This document shows, piece after piece, positions 1-13,321 of a stretch of 64,000 nt of DNA (the first letter of the stretch is position 1; each line of letters opens with the position of its first letter). This DNA is from Octopus vulgaris (Eukaryota). The translations under genes and the position numbers were made by a program. The stretch lies in contig OX597817.1 of NCBI GenBank assembly GCA_951406725.2, positions 22,258,001 to 22,322,000 on the forward strand, read 5' to 3'. The notes under the pieces were generated by a model, which was not told the origin of the DNA, searched no databases, and saw nothing but the letters and a program-made list of their open reading frames with translations.

Positions 1-467
1 AAATAGATATATATATATAAGCATATATATATACATATATACACACATGTACATACAGGCATGCATACATATACGGACGTACATACTTTGTCATGCAGCT
101 AAACAAGAAAAAAGTTTACTTAGTCTGCTGAATATTTGGAAATATTTGGAAATAGAAGGTAGCCAGAAGTTTGGATATATTCTATTCTAGATTGCATTAT
201 AGCCTCATAGTTTACTCTTGAATATTTGTCCAAACAAAAGCAACCACACATATGTAACATTATTTGTAAATGTAACTTTGATCAGGTGATCGTATAGTTG
301 TATATATGTATGTGTGCATGAGAGAGAAAGGAAGTCTATTCATAAATACATTTTTTGTTTAAGCATAATCTTAGAATGTACACAATTGTGAAACTGAGAG
401 AGAGACATATTGAAAAGATGAGGTATTATGTAACATTGAATAAAATAGTAAATATATACATGTATGA

Positions 468-500
<33 letters not shown>

Positions 501-866
501 TGTATGTATGTATGTATGTATGTATGTATGTATGTATGTGTGTATGCAATATATTTACTAGTTTATTCAAAGTTAGATTCATTCTGTCACTCAGAAGTTT
601 CATGGAAATGATTTGATGACATTCGATATGCTTTCACATATCAAACTGATGTAAGAACTTTTATATATATATGGTCAATCGACTTGTTAGACATAGCAGT
701 CAAATTTCACTCTAATAATATTTCATCTGTTTATAAAGTATGGATGAATTGGACAAGACAGTTCTAAATATTCAGGGACAGGATGTTCAAAGCTGGAATT
801 CCTCTATCAAGAGCTGCCTCAAACTAGGTAGACTTAAGGGTTAAACAATCAGTAAGTGTGTGTGTG

Positions 867-901
<35 letters not shown>

Positions 902-1116
902 ATGTGTTATCTTTGCTTTTATGTTTAGCTGCAGTAAAAAGATTTTTACATTAATCTGATGGGTTACCCTATACTTTTGTAGTGCAAATATTTTTTATTC
1001 TTATACAAAAATATTATATATATATATAACAAAGTGACTTCAAAGGTTGGCTTAACTAGATGAATCATCAAAACAGTTAAGCCAACATTAGACAGCAATA
1101 CATTGAAGTTAATCTT

Positions 1117-1349
1117 ATTTCTTTAATGCCCAGGAGGGGCTACACACAGGGAGGACAAACAAGGACAGACAAACAGATTAAGTCGATTATATCGACCCCA
1201 GTGCATAACTGGTACTTATTTAATCGACCCCCGAAAGGATGAAAGGCAAAGTCGACTTCAGCGGAATTTGAACTCAGAACATAAAGACAGACGAAATATT
1301 GCTAAGCATTTCGCCCGGCTTGCTAACGTTTCTGCCAACTCGCTGCCTT
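1117..1349 (-). mobile_element. tRNA-derived SINE family B (MetaSINE-like core) with 16-bp TSD
   Basis: Core gcctttcatcctttcggggtcgat..aagtaccag; TSD cattgaagttaatctt at 1101-1116 and 1350-1365. Confidence 0.9.
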
Positions 1350-1374
1350 CATTGAAGTTAATCTTGGCTTTATA

Positions 1375-1870
1375 TAGTCTTTGTTCATTGGGTATGCAGG
1401 CTTGAGTGGAGTGATAATTAGCATTTTAGGGTTTTAGGTTGGGTTGTTATGGAAAGGTGTTTTGGAGAAATTTTTTTTTATTAAAACTTGGATTATGTTA
1501 TTGCTTAGAATTTATTCATGTATATTGAAATTTAGGTATGTTCCTTTTAGGAGGGAGATATAGGATGTGCCAATAGTTTTAGATATTTGTGGTTTCACTG
1601 GATTTAGTTCTTTGCTTTGAAAATGTAAAGGCCAAGGGTTCAAAGTTTAATTTAATATCTAAATACTTAATATTTGGGTGCGTGAATATTTTTGTAATGG
1701 AATTTTTTAAGGGTTAGCAAAAGAATGTACGTAGATGGTATGTTTCAGCTGGTCAGTTTTTTAGTTATTGTTGTTGTTGTTATTTAGGATATTTTTCTGT
1801 TTCTATTTGGAAGTTAGTGGTTATTAGTCAGGCCTCTCATACTGTTGTTTATCTTATACTTAGGGAATGT
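1375..1870 (-). mobile_element. Degenerate Jockey/I-like LINE RT C-terminal remnant
   Basis: Minus translation has NIKYLDIKLN (KYLG-like thumb motif) and NPKMLIIT..PAY; strong G/T strand skew. Confidence 0.4.
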
Positions 1871-1873
1871 GGG

Positions 1874-2262
1874 TACTCTTTTACTCTTTTACTTATTTCA
1901 GTCATTTGACTACGGCCATGCTGGAGCACCGCTTTTAGTCGAGCAAATCTACCCCAGGACTTACTCTTTGTAAGCCTAGTACTTATTCTATCGGTCTCTT
2001 TCGCTGAACCGTTAGGTTACGGGGATGTAAACACACCAGCATCGGTTGTCAAGTGATGTTGGGAGGACAAACACAGACACACACACACATATATATATAT
2101 ACAACGGGCTTCTTTCAGTTTCCGTCTACCAAATCCACTCACAAGGCTTTGGTCGGTCCGAGGCTATAGTAGAAGACACTTGCCCAAGGTGCCATGCAGT
2201 GGGACTGAACCCAGAACCATGTGGCTGGTAAGCAAGCTACTTACCACACAGCCAATCCTGCA
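1874..2262 (-). mobile_element. tRNA-derived SINE family A with internal (TA)/(TG) microsatellite and (gtaaaaga)n tail
   Basis: Head ggctgtgtggtaagtagcttgc...ggttcagtccc, core ccttgggcaagtgtctt; more than 10 copies in window. Confidence 0.9.
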
Positions 2263-2580
2263 ATTGTTGATTAATACTCAGCATCTGATTGAGCAGCTGT
2301 GTTTTATGCACCCATGAAACTTTGAGTCTTGTAGAGTTGAGACAAACTTTGAAGATTGAGTCCAACTTAACCTCACATTTATTTTATCATTTATTCTGCA
2401 ACAATAACCTCACAGTACTTAATTTGCATACTAATGTATACAAGAGCCTGCATTATTTTTTATGTTGTACTTTTGCAGATTCTGCCAAAGTAAATCAAAG
2501 GTCAAGTACATTAGGTACATAATATGGTCTACTTGCTTACATAATAATGACGGTCAGCTTACTGCAAACATGTATATTAT

Positions 2581-2906
2581 CACCACCGTGATCACCGTGA
2601 CCAACCAGGCTATGAGATGTTGCTACACATCGCTGGTCACAATGCACTTCACATTGTTTTAGCCTTGAAATGACGCCACCCCACTGGCTAAGCGAGCAGG
2701 CCAACAGAAGAAAGAGTGAGAGAAAGTTGTGGCGAATGAGTACAGCAGGGATTGCTACCAACCCTTGCTGGAGCCTCGTGAAGCTTTTAGGTGTTTTCGC
2801 TCAATAAACATTCACAATGCCCGGTCTGGGAATCGAAGCCGAATCGAAACCACAATCCTACGACTGCGAGTCCTCTGCTCTAACCACTGGGCCATTGCGC
2901 CTCCAC
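2581..2906 (-). mobile_element. tRNA-derived SINE family D (further copies ~5547-5747 and fragment ~3105-3210, both minus)
   Basis: Head gtggaggcgcaatggcccagtggttagagc with A box and ttcgattccc B box; repeated in window. Confidence 0.85.
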
Positions 2907-3008
2907 TTTCCCAAGTGGTCACCTATCTAAGTACTAACTAAGCTCAACCTTGCTTAACTTCGGTGATCGTATGACAATCAATATTTTCAACGCGATATGG
3001 CCGTAAGC
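2907..3008 (-). pseudogene. 5S rRNA-derived sequence (nt ~1-100, 3'-truncated) fused to a tRNA-SINE
   Basis: Minus strand gcttacggccatatcgcgttgaaaa...cgatcaccgaagttaagcaa...ttagtacttagataggtgaccacttgggaa resembles metazoan 5S, including the internal control region; diverged and lacks the 3' end. Confidence 0.9.
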
Positions 3009-3359
3009 ATGTATATTATATAAAGCATAAAATACCATACCAGTTGCATTTTCTGTGTTCCTATATATAAACACACAAACACACACACATACTCACACAT
3101 ATCATGTGATCATGATTGACCAGACTATTAGATTGCTGGTCACAATACATTTTGCATCATTTTAGCTTTCAAATGATGCCACTCTCCAAGCTAGATCAGC
3201 AGGATAACATTTCTCTTGATCAGAAAGATTCTCCATCTGAGGCTTACCTATTAACAGCTGAGTGGACTGGAGTAATGTGAAATGAAGTGTTTTGTTTAAG
3301 AACACAATGTGCAGCTGGTTTGGGAATCAATACAAAACATATATAAATATATAAGTTGG

Positions 3360-3533
3360 CATTTCAAAATATCTTGGGTGGAAAATCTTCAGGGCATGAA
3401 AAAGGAAAATACAGAAATTATATATTGATCAGTTGAAATATTCCAATAGAGTCTCTTGGAGTGTTTCAGCTGATCAAAATATATTGTCCTTTTTCATGCC
3501 CAAACATTTTCTATACAAGTTATTTTGAAATGC
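3360..3533. mobile_element. Fold-back (palindromic) MITE-like element
   Basis: Arms gcatttcaaaat..gggcatgaaaaagga..ttgatcagttgaaatattccaa and ttggagtgtttcagctgatcaa..tcctttttcatgccc..attttgaaatgc around a 9-nt loop. Confidence 0.7.
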
Positions 3534-3819
3534 ACATATATATTTATGTATGTTTTGTAATTTAAATTAGATGTGAAATGAAACAATTGTAGGCAATGAT
3601 GATAATTAATTGATTAATTAATTAATTTATATCCATTGAATCTCTCCATTTTCAAACTTAATAGTAATATTTGATATTTGATATTTTATAATATATTCAT
3701 TGAAGAAATATCTCTTCAAAATACAATATATTAAACCAGTGTGTCTTGGATGAAAAAAATCCCTATAAGAGGTCGTTCTAAATATCATCATAGTGACTCT
3801 CTCTCTCTCTCTCTCTCTC

Positions 3820-3852
<33 letters not shown>

Positions 3853-3854
<2 letters not shown>

Positions 3855-4338
3855 GTTGACAGAGCGGCTAACCGGCTTCCATGCCAGTGGGACATAAAAG
3901 GCACCATTTGATTGTGATTGTTACCAGCGTCGCCTTACTGGCACTTGTGCCCTGTGCTAGTAGGGTGCTAAGAGAACCATCCGAGCATGAATGTGGCCAG
4001 AGTGGCTAACTGGCTTCCATACTGGTGGCATGTAAAAGGCACCATTGAAGCGTGATCATTACCAGCGTCGCCTTACTGGCACCTGTGCCGGTGGCATGTG
4101 TAAAAAGATTCGAGCGAGATCGTTGCCAGTACCGCCTGACTGGCCCCCGTGCCGGTGGCATGTAAAAGCACCCAGTACACTCTCCCAGAGTGGTTGGCGT
4201 TAGGAAGGGCATCCAGCTGTAGAAACTCTGCCAGATCAAGACTGGATCCTGGTGCAGCCATCTGGTTCGCCAGCCCACAGTCAAATCGTCCAACCCATGC
4301 TAGCATGGAAAGTGGATGTTAAACGATGATGATGATGA
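3853..4338 (+). mobile_element. SINE/retroposon family E with internal tandem modules and RTE-type (GAT)n tail
   Basis: ggttggcgttaggaagggcatccagctgtagaaac motif; repeated gccggtggcatgtaaaa units; copies at 57950-58292 (+), 19490-19770 (-), 49880-49983 (-). Confidence 0.85.
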
Positions 4339-5785
4339 TAATACATTCACACCTACACACACACACACATTACACACATACATATATATAATCTTTAAAA
4401 TTATTGACAACAACCCTGCTTACAAGCATATGTAATACAAGTAAAAAAAAAAAAAACGCTAACATGTATTTTGATATTTCCTTCAGTTCTGTTTTCATTT
4501 GCATTCCTTATTTCTTATTTCAAATAATGATTTTTTTTGTCCTATTGATTAAATAGCATGTAAACATCAAGGAAAATGATAAGTGTTGTCAAACAGCTAC
4601 ACTTTCTGACATCAGATCAGCTTGAAGATTCTGCAGTTTGCATTTTCTTCTCACAGACAGCTTTTACTAAACCTAAGCTGTGGAGTTGTGTGTCAGCTCA
4701 CTCTAAAATATTTTGATGTTTTTTTAAAATATCTCTTTTATACATTTGTTTTTCAGGATAAATGACTGATCTTGTTCGTTTACATGAATGTTTGCACACA
4801 TAAATGTATGTTAAAATGACTGAAAGAAAATGAAAGTGAGAGAGAGAGAGAGAAAAAAAGTAAGATAAGAGAAGGATGAGAGAGAGAATGAATGAGATTG
4901 AGAGAGAGAGAGAGGAATATCCATATTTTTACGATGATGAATATACACAAATAAATATATACATAACATTTACTGTAGTAGCCAGGAAACCAGTGATTGG
5001 CTATCCACTCGCAGATATACATACACACAAACCAACACACATATGTAACAAAATATATTCTACATATATGGTTTTTATTTAGCCTAATGCAATACAGATA
5101 AGCGAAGCTAAATTTTCTTCTAAGTAAAGCTAGATATTAGTTAGCAGATAATTCTATTAATTCTATTAAATTGACAAGGCAGTAATTGTACTGGATGTCC
5201 ATTTCCTCCTCCTCCTCTTCCCCCTCCTCCCCTACCCCTCCTCCTCCTCTTCTTCTTCTTCTTCTTCTTCCAATCAGGACTCACGCCATTAACCACAAAG
5301 AATAATCTCTAATTCGAGCCTGCTCTAAGCTACTAAGAATGCATGTGGCAACTTGAAGATCCACCCACCACACACGATAGACTGGCAGTTGCATGGGCAC
5401 GAAAGCTACGTTGTTATCCTCATTCCATCAACAGTGGCTTTTAGCTGGTGGAGCGCTGAACCATCCTAGGGTACAGAGGATTTGCAATCTAGAGGTCTGA
5501 AAATTTTACCACACCATAGTGGGTTACACCAAGGTTCCTCTGCTTTGTGGCAGAAGTAGGAAGAAAGAGTGAAAGAAAGTGGTGGTGAAAGAGTACAGCG
5601 GGATTCACCACCATCCCCTGCTGGAGCCTCGTGGAGCTCAGGTGTTTTTGCTCAATAAATACACACAATGTCTAGTCTGGGAATCAAAACCACATTCTTA
5701 TGACCATGAGTCCGCTGCCTTAACCACTGGGTCATTGTGCCCCCACTCGTTGCTGTTGTTTACCTCTTGGTCTGTTCTGATCTTC

Positions 5786-6081
5786 TCTTGATCTTGATCT
5801 TGAGACAGCATTCACCCGGGGTGGGTTGAGCTGGCTTCATTCATCCTCAATGCTGCATCTCTCACAAACGCCGACCAGACCTGGCGATTTGAGGTTAATG
5901 ACCGTGTGATCTCCAACCACTCACTATTCCAGCGGTGAACACCGTAGATATGGGGGCCTAGGTTGGGTTTCAGATCAGCCTTGACTGTCATCAGCCAGGT
6001 TTTTCGTTGTCCACCACATCGCTTTCGCCAACCCTGAAGGGGAGCTGGAGCAAATGCTTCGTAGATGAATTCTCCTGTTCT
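5786..6081 (-). mobile_element. RTE-clade LINE 3' end
   Basis: Minus translation GEFIYEAFAPAPLQGWRKRCGGQRKTWLMTVKADL...RQVWSAFVRDA; (caagat)n tail. Confidence 0.85.
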
Positions 6082-6956
6082 GACTATGTAGACCTCTGAT
6101 CAAAGGTGTTCCAACCACAAAAAAACCCCTCTTATTTTTATAACGTTTCTTTTCCTTTTAGCCAGAGATATTGTACCTAGGAACACATAATCCACTGTAC
6201 TTTGCCATGATTTAAAAATTGCTTCATGAGATTTGAGAGAGAGTTAGATCTAGCAGAGTGAGGAAAATGTAGAGTAGTTCATATAGATGGTAAACCTGTA
6301 GTTGTATGGAAACATGTAGATTTTCATAAAAGGTTGATAAAAAAGAAAAAGATCACCATAAATTATAGTTGCAAGAGAGTGTTAAATCTTTAAATTTGCA
6401 AAGCACCATATATTAAGAATGCTGCCATGAAAAGTAAAACGTAGGAAAATATGAAATAACTGTGAAAAGATGTGACAAGTTGAGCATAGAATGTAAACAT
6501 AAACTAGTCTTCAAATATATGATGTCAATTGATATCAGAATTTAGCTGATCCATTTTAGGTTTTAATGTATTAAAAACATAAAGGGGAAAAGATCATTTG
6601 TCGATAATTTAATAGAATTGAAAAACATATACAGGAAAATCCTAAAATTATAAATATGTTGGTTTGTGTAAACAGATACATATATATGTACATACATACA
6701 TATATACATACATATATACATATATATATGTATGCATATATATATATATATATATATATGTATATGTATATGAAGATAGAGGTAGGCAGACGGACTGACA
6801 GATAGATACAGAAAGATAATTGTATATAAGAAGTAGATGGATAGATATGCATGTAGGAAAAAACTACACAAAATATGTATGAAATTATTTTATCTAAAAG
6901 CTTGTGTATATGATTGATTATGTGTGTGCTTGTGTGTATAAACATATTTATATATA

Positions 6957-6990
<34 letters not shown>

Positions 6991-8182
6991 AATTTATATA
7001 TATATATATATATGTATTTATATATATATATATATATATGTGTGTATATATATGTATATATATATATATATTTTATTTTATTTTTTTATTTTTCTTATTT
7101 ATTTTTTTATTTTATTTTATCTTATTTTATATATATATAAAATATATATATATACACTATAAATATATATATGATATATATGATTTATAAACATATATTT
7201 ATAATGTATATATATGAACATTTTATGTATGTACACACACACGCACAAATAAATACACACATACACATGCATTAGAAGATGTGATCAATCATTCCGGGAA
7301 GCCTTCTGACAATCTGAAAATTTAAAGATTGTGATCAGACCAAAGATTTAATAACAGTGGAAGAATTTTTACTGTAATTTCTTACAGAAAGATCTTTCAT
7401 ATCTGTCATGAGCTTGTAAATGTAGAAGCTTATCTCAGATGCCACATCCAAGTCAGTCAGTAAAATGCTAAATTTTAAAATAGAATCAGCTGATTCACAT
7501 TTACTTTGGTAAATCAATGTTTTAGCATGAAGTTGAACTTATATCCATATATTAAAGTTGATAAAAAAAATGCCTTCTTAATGTTCTCTTAAAAATCTAC
7601 AAATACATTACATGCTTTTTCTATGTCAATACAAAATAGAAATGCTTTACCACACTTATTTCTAGAGATCTTTTACCAGTAACAAAAACGAAAAGTGTTG
7701 TTTATGTTACTTATAGACGTAATCATACCCTGGGAGTATTACAAATTTTTCAATTAGATTGGAGTATGTAAACGGATGTATTTTGCCTAAGGACTTAATA
7801 TAATGCTAGTGGCAGAGATTTTGTGGGCCATTAGGGAAATTATTTCAAACACAAAAAATGTAAAATATGTTTTATCAAAGTAGTGCTTTGCTGTGGAAAT
7901 ACTGAGATAACTGAAACATATTTGAGAAATTGAAAATATATATATATAAAAAAAAAACCCACTGTCGATATTTTCACCTGTATTTTCTAACCAGAATAGA
8001 AAGGATTAACAGATGAATTTTTTTGTTGCAGGGATTTTTCCTTATTTTTTTTTTTTGTGATAGATTAAATTAATGAAGCTGCATTCTTCACTGATTTGGA
8101 GATATTTTTCTTCCTTGTAGCCTATGTACATTTGTGGTAATATAACCATTTAAAAGTAATAGTAGCCTTAAAGAAGCATTAC

Positions 8183-8214
<32 letters not shown>

Positions 8215-8215
8215 T

Positions 8216-8485
8216 ATGAAGATATACTTGCATAGCAAGTGACCTGATCTGAGATCATGTGCTGGAACGAAAACAATTGCAGCGTGGTAGGTGTTTATAA
8301 GCCATTTAAGAAACACGCAAAATCTGTTAGATTCACATCAATATTTAAATTTAATTTGTCAAAATATTTTCATCACTTTGAGACCGCGACCTGTTCACTG
8401 ACATGCAGCATGGAATTTTGTCAGTGAACAGGTCGTGGATTTTGTGTTTCTTAAATGGCTTATAAACACCTTCCCCGCTGAAATT
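8216..8485 (-). mobile_element. Penelope-like element terminal fragment with nested inverted repeats, next to a TA tract
   Basis: 8280-8324 inverted at 8438-8480; 8386-8402 inverted at 8420-8436; contains a hammerhead motif. Confidence 0.65.
8357..8403 (-). ncRNA. Minimal type I hammerhead ribozyme, variant core GUGAACA (G3-C8)
   Basis: tgtca-GTGAACA-g-gtcgc(ggtctcaaa)gtgat-GAAA-atat-TT-tgaca: stems I and II pair; palindromic minimal stem III. Confidence 0.65.
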
Positions 8486-8499
8486 ATATATATCTTTTA

Positions 8500-8961
8500 C
8501 ATGTTTCGGTAATAAGACTGTGGCCATGGTGGGGGCACCACCTTGAACAATTTTAGTAGAATGAATCAAGCCCAGTACTTGTTATTTTGTGTAAAACCTG
8601 ATACGTAATTTATCAGTCACTTTTGTCAAAATGCTAAGTTACGAGGATGTAAATATATCAACACTGGTTGTCAAGAAGTAGTGACAAACACAGATACAAA
8701 AACACATACACACAAACATGCATGCACACATGCACACAGACACACAATACCCACACTCACACACACACATACACAATCCCATACACAATACATGTACGAT
8801 GGGTTTTTTTCGGTTTCCTTCTACCAAATCCACTCACAAGTCCTTGGTCAGCTTGAAGCTATAGTAGAAAACACTCGCCCAAAGTTCTGTGCAGTGGGAC
8901 CAACCTCTGAACCATGTTGTTATGAAGCAAACTTCTTACCACACAGCCATGCCAGCACCTA
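8500..8961 (-). mobile_element. SINE family A, diverged copy
   Basis: Recognisable head, core and tail, colinear with 1874-2262. Confidence 0.8.
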
Positions 8962-8989
8962 TATCGATATCTGTATGTATGTATGTAGT

Positions 8990-9311
8990 GAAGGCACATA
9001 GCTCAGTGGTTAGAGCATCGAGCTTACAATCGTGAGGTTGTGAATTCGATTCCCGGACCAGGCTGCGTGTTGTGTTCTTGAGCAAGACACTTTTTTTCAC
9101 ATTGCTCCAGTTAACTCAGCTGTGGAAAGGAGTTGTGACATCACTGGTGCCAAGCTGTATCGGCCTTTGCCTTCCCCTTGGATAACATCAATGATGTGGA
9201 AAGGGGAGGCTGGTATGCATGGGCGACTGCCGACCTTCCATAAACAACCTTGCCTGGACTTGTACCTCGGAGGGTAACTTTCTAGGTGCATTCATGACCA
9301 AAGGGGTCTCC
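8990..9311 (+). mobile_element. tRNA-derived CORE-like SINE family C inserted in (TATG)n
   Basis: gctcagtggttagagc...ttcgattccc head; gtgttcttgagcaagacacttt core; copies at 20875 and 43530. Confidence 0.88.
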
Positions 9312-9351
9312 CATGTATGTATGTATGCCATGGTTTAGTTTATAGTTTCCC

Positions 9352-9748
9352 TCTTTACTAAAAGCGATGCTCCATGCTGGAGCACTGCCTTTAGTTGAGC
9401 AAATCGAATCCAGGACTTATTCTTTGAAAGCCTAGTTCCTATTCTATCGGTCTCTCTTCCCGAACCACTAAGTTTCGGGGACATAAACACACCAGCATCG
9501 GTTGTCAAGCGATATTGGGGAGACAAACACAGACACACAAACACATACAAAGACACACACACATATATATATATACATATATACGACGGGCTTCTTTCAG
9601 TTTCCATCAACCAAATCCACTCACAAGGCTTTGGTCAGCCCAAGGCTATAGTAGAAGACACTTGCCCATGGTGCCACACAGTGGGACTGAACCCAGAACC
9701 ATGTGGTTCATAAGCAAGCTACTTACCATACAGCCACTTCCATGCCTA
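9352..9748 (-). mobile_element. SINE family A
   Basis: Near full-length copy. Confidence 0.9.
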
Positions 9749-10328
9749 TTTCAAAAGATGTGTAAACCACCTATTTTCTTTCCAGCATATCAATAAAAAC
9801 ACAACCACTGAGTTGGCTAGCCACATATAGGTTATGAAGACCAATTGCTTGTCTCATACAATCAAGTACAGAAACATAGAGAAATTCATGCTTTATCATA
9901 ATGGATCTAAGAAATACAACTTATGCATAACTGAAAAATCACACATTCTTTTTAGATTTATATATTTCCCTACCCTACTAAATCACAGATCCCATACTAT
10001 CAGCAAATGCAAGCATATGGGCAAATTTCTTTTGACCTTCTTCTTATGGCTTTTATGATCAAAACAAATGTATCTCTAATCTTTTTTTAACTCACCCATC
10101 CACGTTTTGCATCAACCTTCTTGTTTTTTCCTCACAAATTGCTGATGTACTAGTGTCCTGTTTTTTAAATAGGATAGACTATGTGCTCAGGGCCTGAAAA
10201 TTCCTTGAAGACACAAAGTCTGTTATAAAAACCTGTCTAGACACAAGTCTCCAACCCAGGAAACTATTAGCAGCTCGTACCTTTATAATGTGTATATTAA
10301 ATTATGTATTCACAGACACACACACACA

Positions 10329-10410
<82 letters not shown>

Positions 10411-11473
10411 TCATTTATTTATTTGCTTAACTCAATTTTATTAGAAAGATTATATACAGAATTGTGCTATTGGGCATGGCAATCTCTATATTGATGCATA
10501 TACATACATACCAATGTATACACACATAAATATTAGTATGTATGATCTGTTTTGTGTATATGCACAGTGAATGTAATGAGGTATAAATATGAAATACATA
10601 TAAATATTACATATTAATTGTTTTTAACATAATCATTCTCACACCCACAAATTCACATATGTGTATAACCCACACAATGACGTTATACACGCATAGACAC
10701 AAAAATGCGAGACATACTTACACACTAACACCCATACACTCACTAAACCAGTCACTCATACCAAAGCATTATTGTCAGTCTTTCATATTCAATAGCCACT
10801 CTCCGAATATTATTACACTTAGATTCAATCACAGTTTACAAACTCCACTTCTGTTGATATGCTGCTGCTTACTCAGACTGTATTATTCCAGATCATAGAT
10901 CTGCTTTGCTCTACTTATCAATCCACTGCTTAAAACAAGTAGCAATTATTTTCAAGCATCTAAGAGAGGACACACCCGACAAATCAGATACGTAATTCTG
11001 AATGCTATATGTAGATCAAAAAGAGATCCGCTACAGTTAGTAGTAATGGTGGAGTAAACTACTTGAGACTGAAGAAGTACAGGATTTCTACTATAAGTTC
11101 TCTTCTAATATTATTGGGGTCAATCACCAACACCCACTACTAGCCAACACCACCACAACTGCTTAGCATGAACAACAACAACACAAACACTACAATACCA
11201 CTTTTGTCAATCAACAAACACTTATCTGCAAATACGTCAATCATTTTTGTTTCTTTTCATTGCCATTATTATGGTTGAATTGATAAAGCGTGGCACCAAT
11301 TTCCATGTGCTGTTTAGTCATGTCATTTTATATTCTGAGTTCAAATCCAGTTAGGAGCTGAAATTCTTTTGTGGCCACAAATGTTACTGCATATATTATT
11401 TCACTTAACCAGGTCTTATTAATATTTGTTTTCATTTCCATTAGTTCTGGGGCAGCCAGATTTGTATTATATA

Positions 11474-11882
11474 TACTCTTTTACTCTTTTACTTGTTTCA
11501 GTCATTTGACTGCGGCCATGCTGGAGCACCACCTTTAATCGAGCAACTCGACCCCGGGACTTATTCTTTTGTAAGCCCAGTACTTATTCTATCGGTCTCT
11601 TTTGCAGAACCGCTAAGTAACGGGGACATAAACACACCAGCATCGGTTGTCAAGCAATGCTAGGGGGACAAACACAGACACACAAACACACACACGCATA
11701 TATATATATATATATACTACGGGCTTCTTTCAGTTTCCATCTACCAAATCCACTCACAAGGCTTTGGTTGGCCCGAGGCTATAGTAGAAGACACTTGCCC
11801 AAGGTGCCACGCAGTTGGACTGAACCCAGAACCATGTGGTTGGTAAACAAGCTACTTACCACACAACCATTCCAGCACCTAT
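11474..11882 (-). mobile_element. SINE family A
   Basis: Full-length copy with (gtaaaaga)n tail. Confidence 0.9.
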
Positions 11883-11889
11883 ATATCAT

Positions 11890-13320
11890 TGTTGCTGTCT
11901 TATTATCAACTTTAATTTTTGGGAGGTACAATTGGCAGTCCATACTAAGATCTGTGGCTTTTAATTCCTTGATTATACTCATTTTTAGAGTATCATAACC
12001 ATGGTTTCTGCCTTCACTGTTTCCAATTTTTAGGCTTGTTCTGTATTCCTTCCGGTTTATGTTTTTGTCTGTGGTGCCCTGGTTTGGTGGATTTTGCTCA
12101 TCATTATGCATTCCTACAGTTTTGTTTTTTTTTGTGTTTCATTACTCACTTTGCTTTTGTTGCACATGTTATGTCTATCTTCATACGTTATTATTTGGCA
12201 TTCTTTTATGGTCACTATTTGTATTGATGTATTTTCCTTTAAATTATTTTTTCTGCCTTTAACCCTCCAATGCGGACTATAGGCTACTTATAATTGAATT
12301 CCATGTCACATAATTTTTCGCTTCTGTACTTACACTCTTATACTCTGCCATGAATGACCCCCTTTCTCTAGTTCCTTTTGTGTCGATCTACACCATGAGT
12401 TCTTAGGCCTACCTCTCTTTCTATATCCATCCGATTTCCACTGTAAAGCACTTTTTACTACATTTTGCGACAAATCAAAAATTATGCACATTAATAAAGG
12501 AAACAGTGAACGTATTTCCTTTTAAATGCTCTATTTCAATTTCTGATACTTTTTTTTTTGTGTTTTGAAAATGTATCCCCTTATGTTGGCTTGTTTGTTA
12601 GGGTCATCAATATATCTGAATCTAAGTATTTTTTCTTCCAGAAAATGGTCTCCTACATGTATATGTTGTGTTTTTATCCTGTGGGTAGAGCACTGGTGTG
12701 AGAGAAGAGTATATGATGGAAATATATTCCTCTCATGTCCATTTATACATTTTTTCATTTTGTAGGACATGAAGAATAACGTCTAGTCCTTTATTTTGAT
12801 GGTCATCATTTTCATAGGGTCATGGTCTGTTCATTTCTGGTGTTAACCCTTTAGTGTTCAGATTATTCAATCAAACATAATGCCTATTGATTCCCATTGA
12901 TTTGAATTAATCATGCATTATCTCATATCTTCAAGATCTTGATGGTGTAATTACCTAATGTAGAATAACATTGTAGGGTAGGTGTGAGAGCCTGGATCTG
13001 GTCAGTTTGAACATAAAACAGACTAGCTATTTTGGCCGGATATGGCCGGTTTAAATACTAAAGGGTTAAAGGGTTTTGCACATGTAATTTTTTATACTTT
13101 TTGTGTAATAAGTTTGTTGTGAGACTGATTTCTATTATGGCATATTGAAGACATTAGGTTTATATAAGCTCAGCTCAGCATGTTAATCTGCAGTGATGGG
13201 TCAGCATACCTATCATGTGAGTGTTTGGACATTTGTTGTGTCCAGTGTTGTGATTGCTTGAGTACTATGTGGGAATTGGATTGAAGGTCCACTCACATTG
13301 CATGTAATACATTCTCAAAC
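11890..13320 (-). mobile_element. Possible very old Jockey-like LINE remnant (knuckle- and endonuclease-like traces), interrupted by a MITE
   Basis: Strand-skewed composition; weak motifs NHNTGHNKCP and INGHE..SYTL..STH on minus. Confidence 0.3.
12847..13065. mobile_element. piggyBac-type MITE
   Basis: TTAA at 12843-12846 and 13066-13069; TIRs ccctttagtgttca / taaatactaaaggg. Confidence 0.85.
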
Positions 13321-13321
13321 A

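Noticed and set aside
2907-3008. Functional 5S rRNA gene
   Set aside because: 3'-truncated, diverged, single, no terminator, fused to a SINE within TSDs.
7290-7560. hAT transposase remnant on minus (FSILLTDLDVA)
   Set aside because: Single weak motif, insufficient to call.
8121-8136. 16-nt plus-strand microexon (ttccttgtag|...|gtaata)
   Set aside because: Not frame-preserving and weak donor.
8990-9062. Functional tRNA genes at SINE heads (also 20875, 2830-2906)
   Set aside because: No complete cloverleaf; they continue into SINE bodies.
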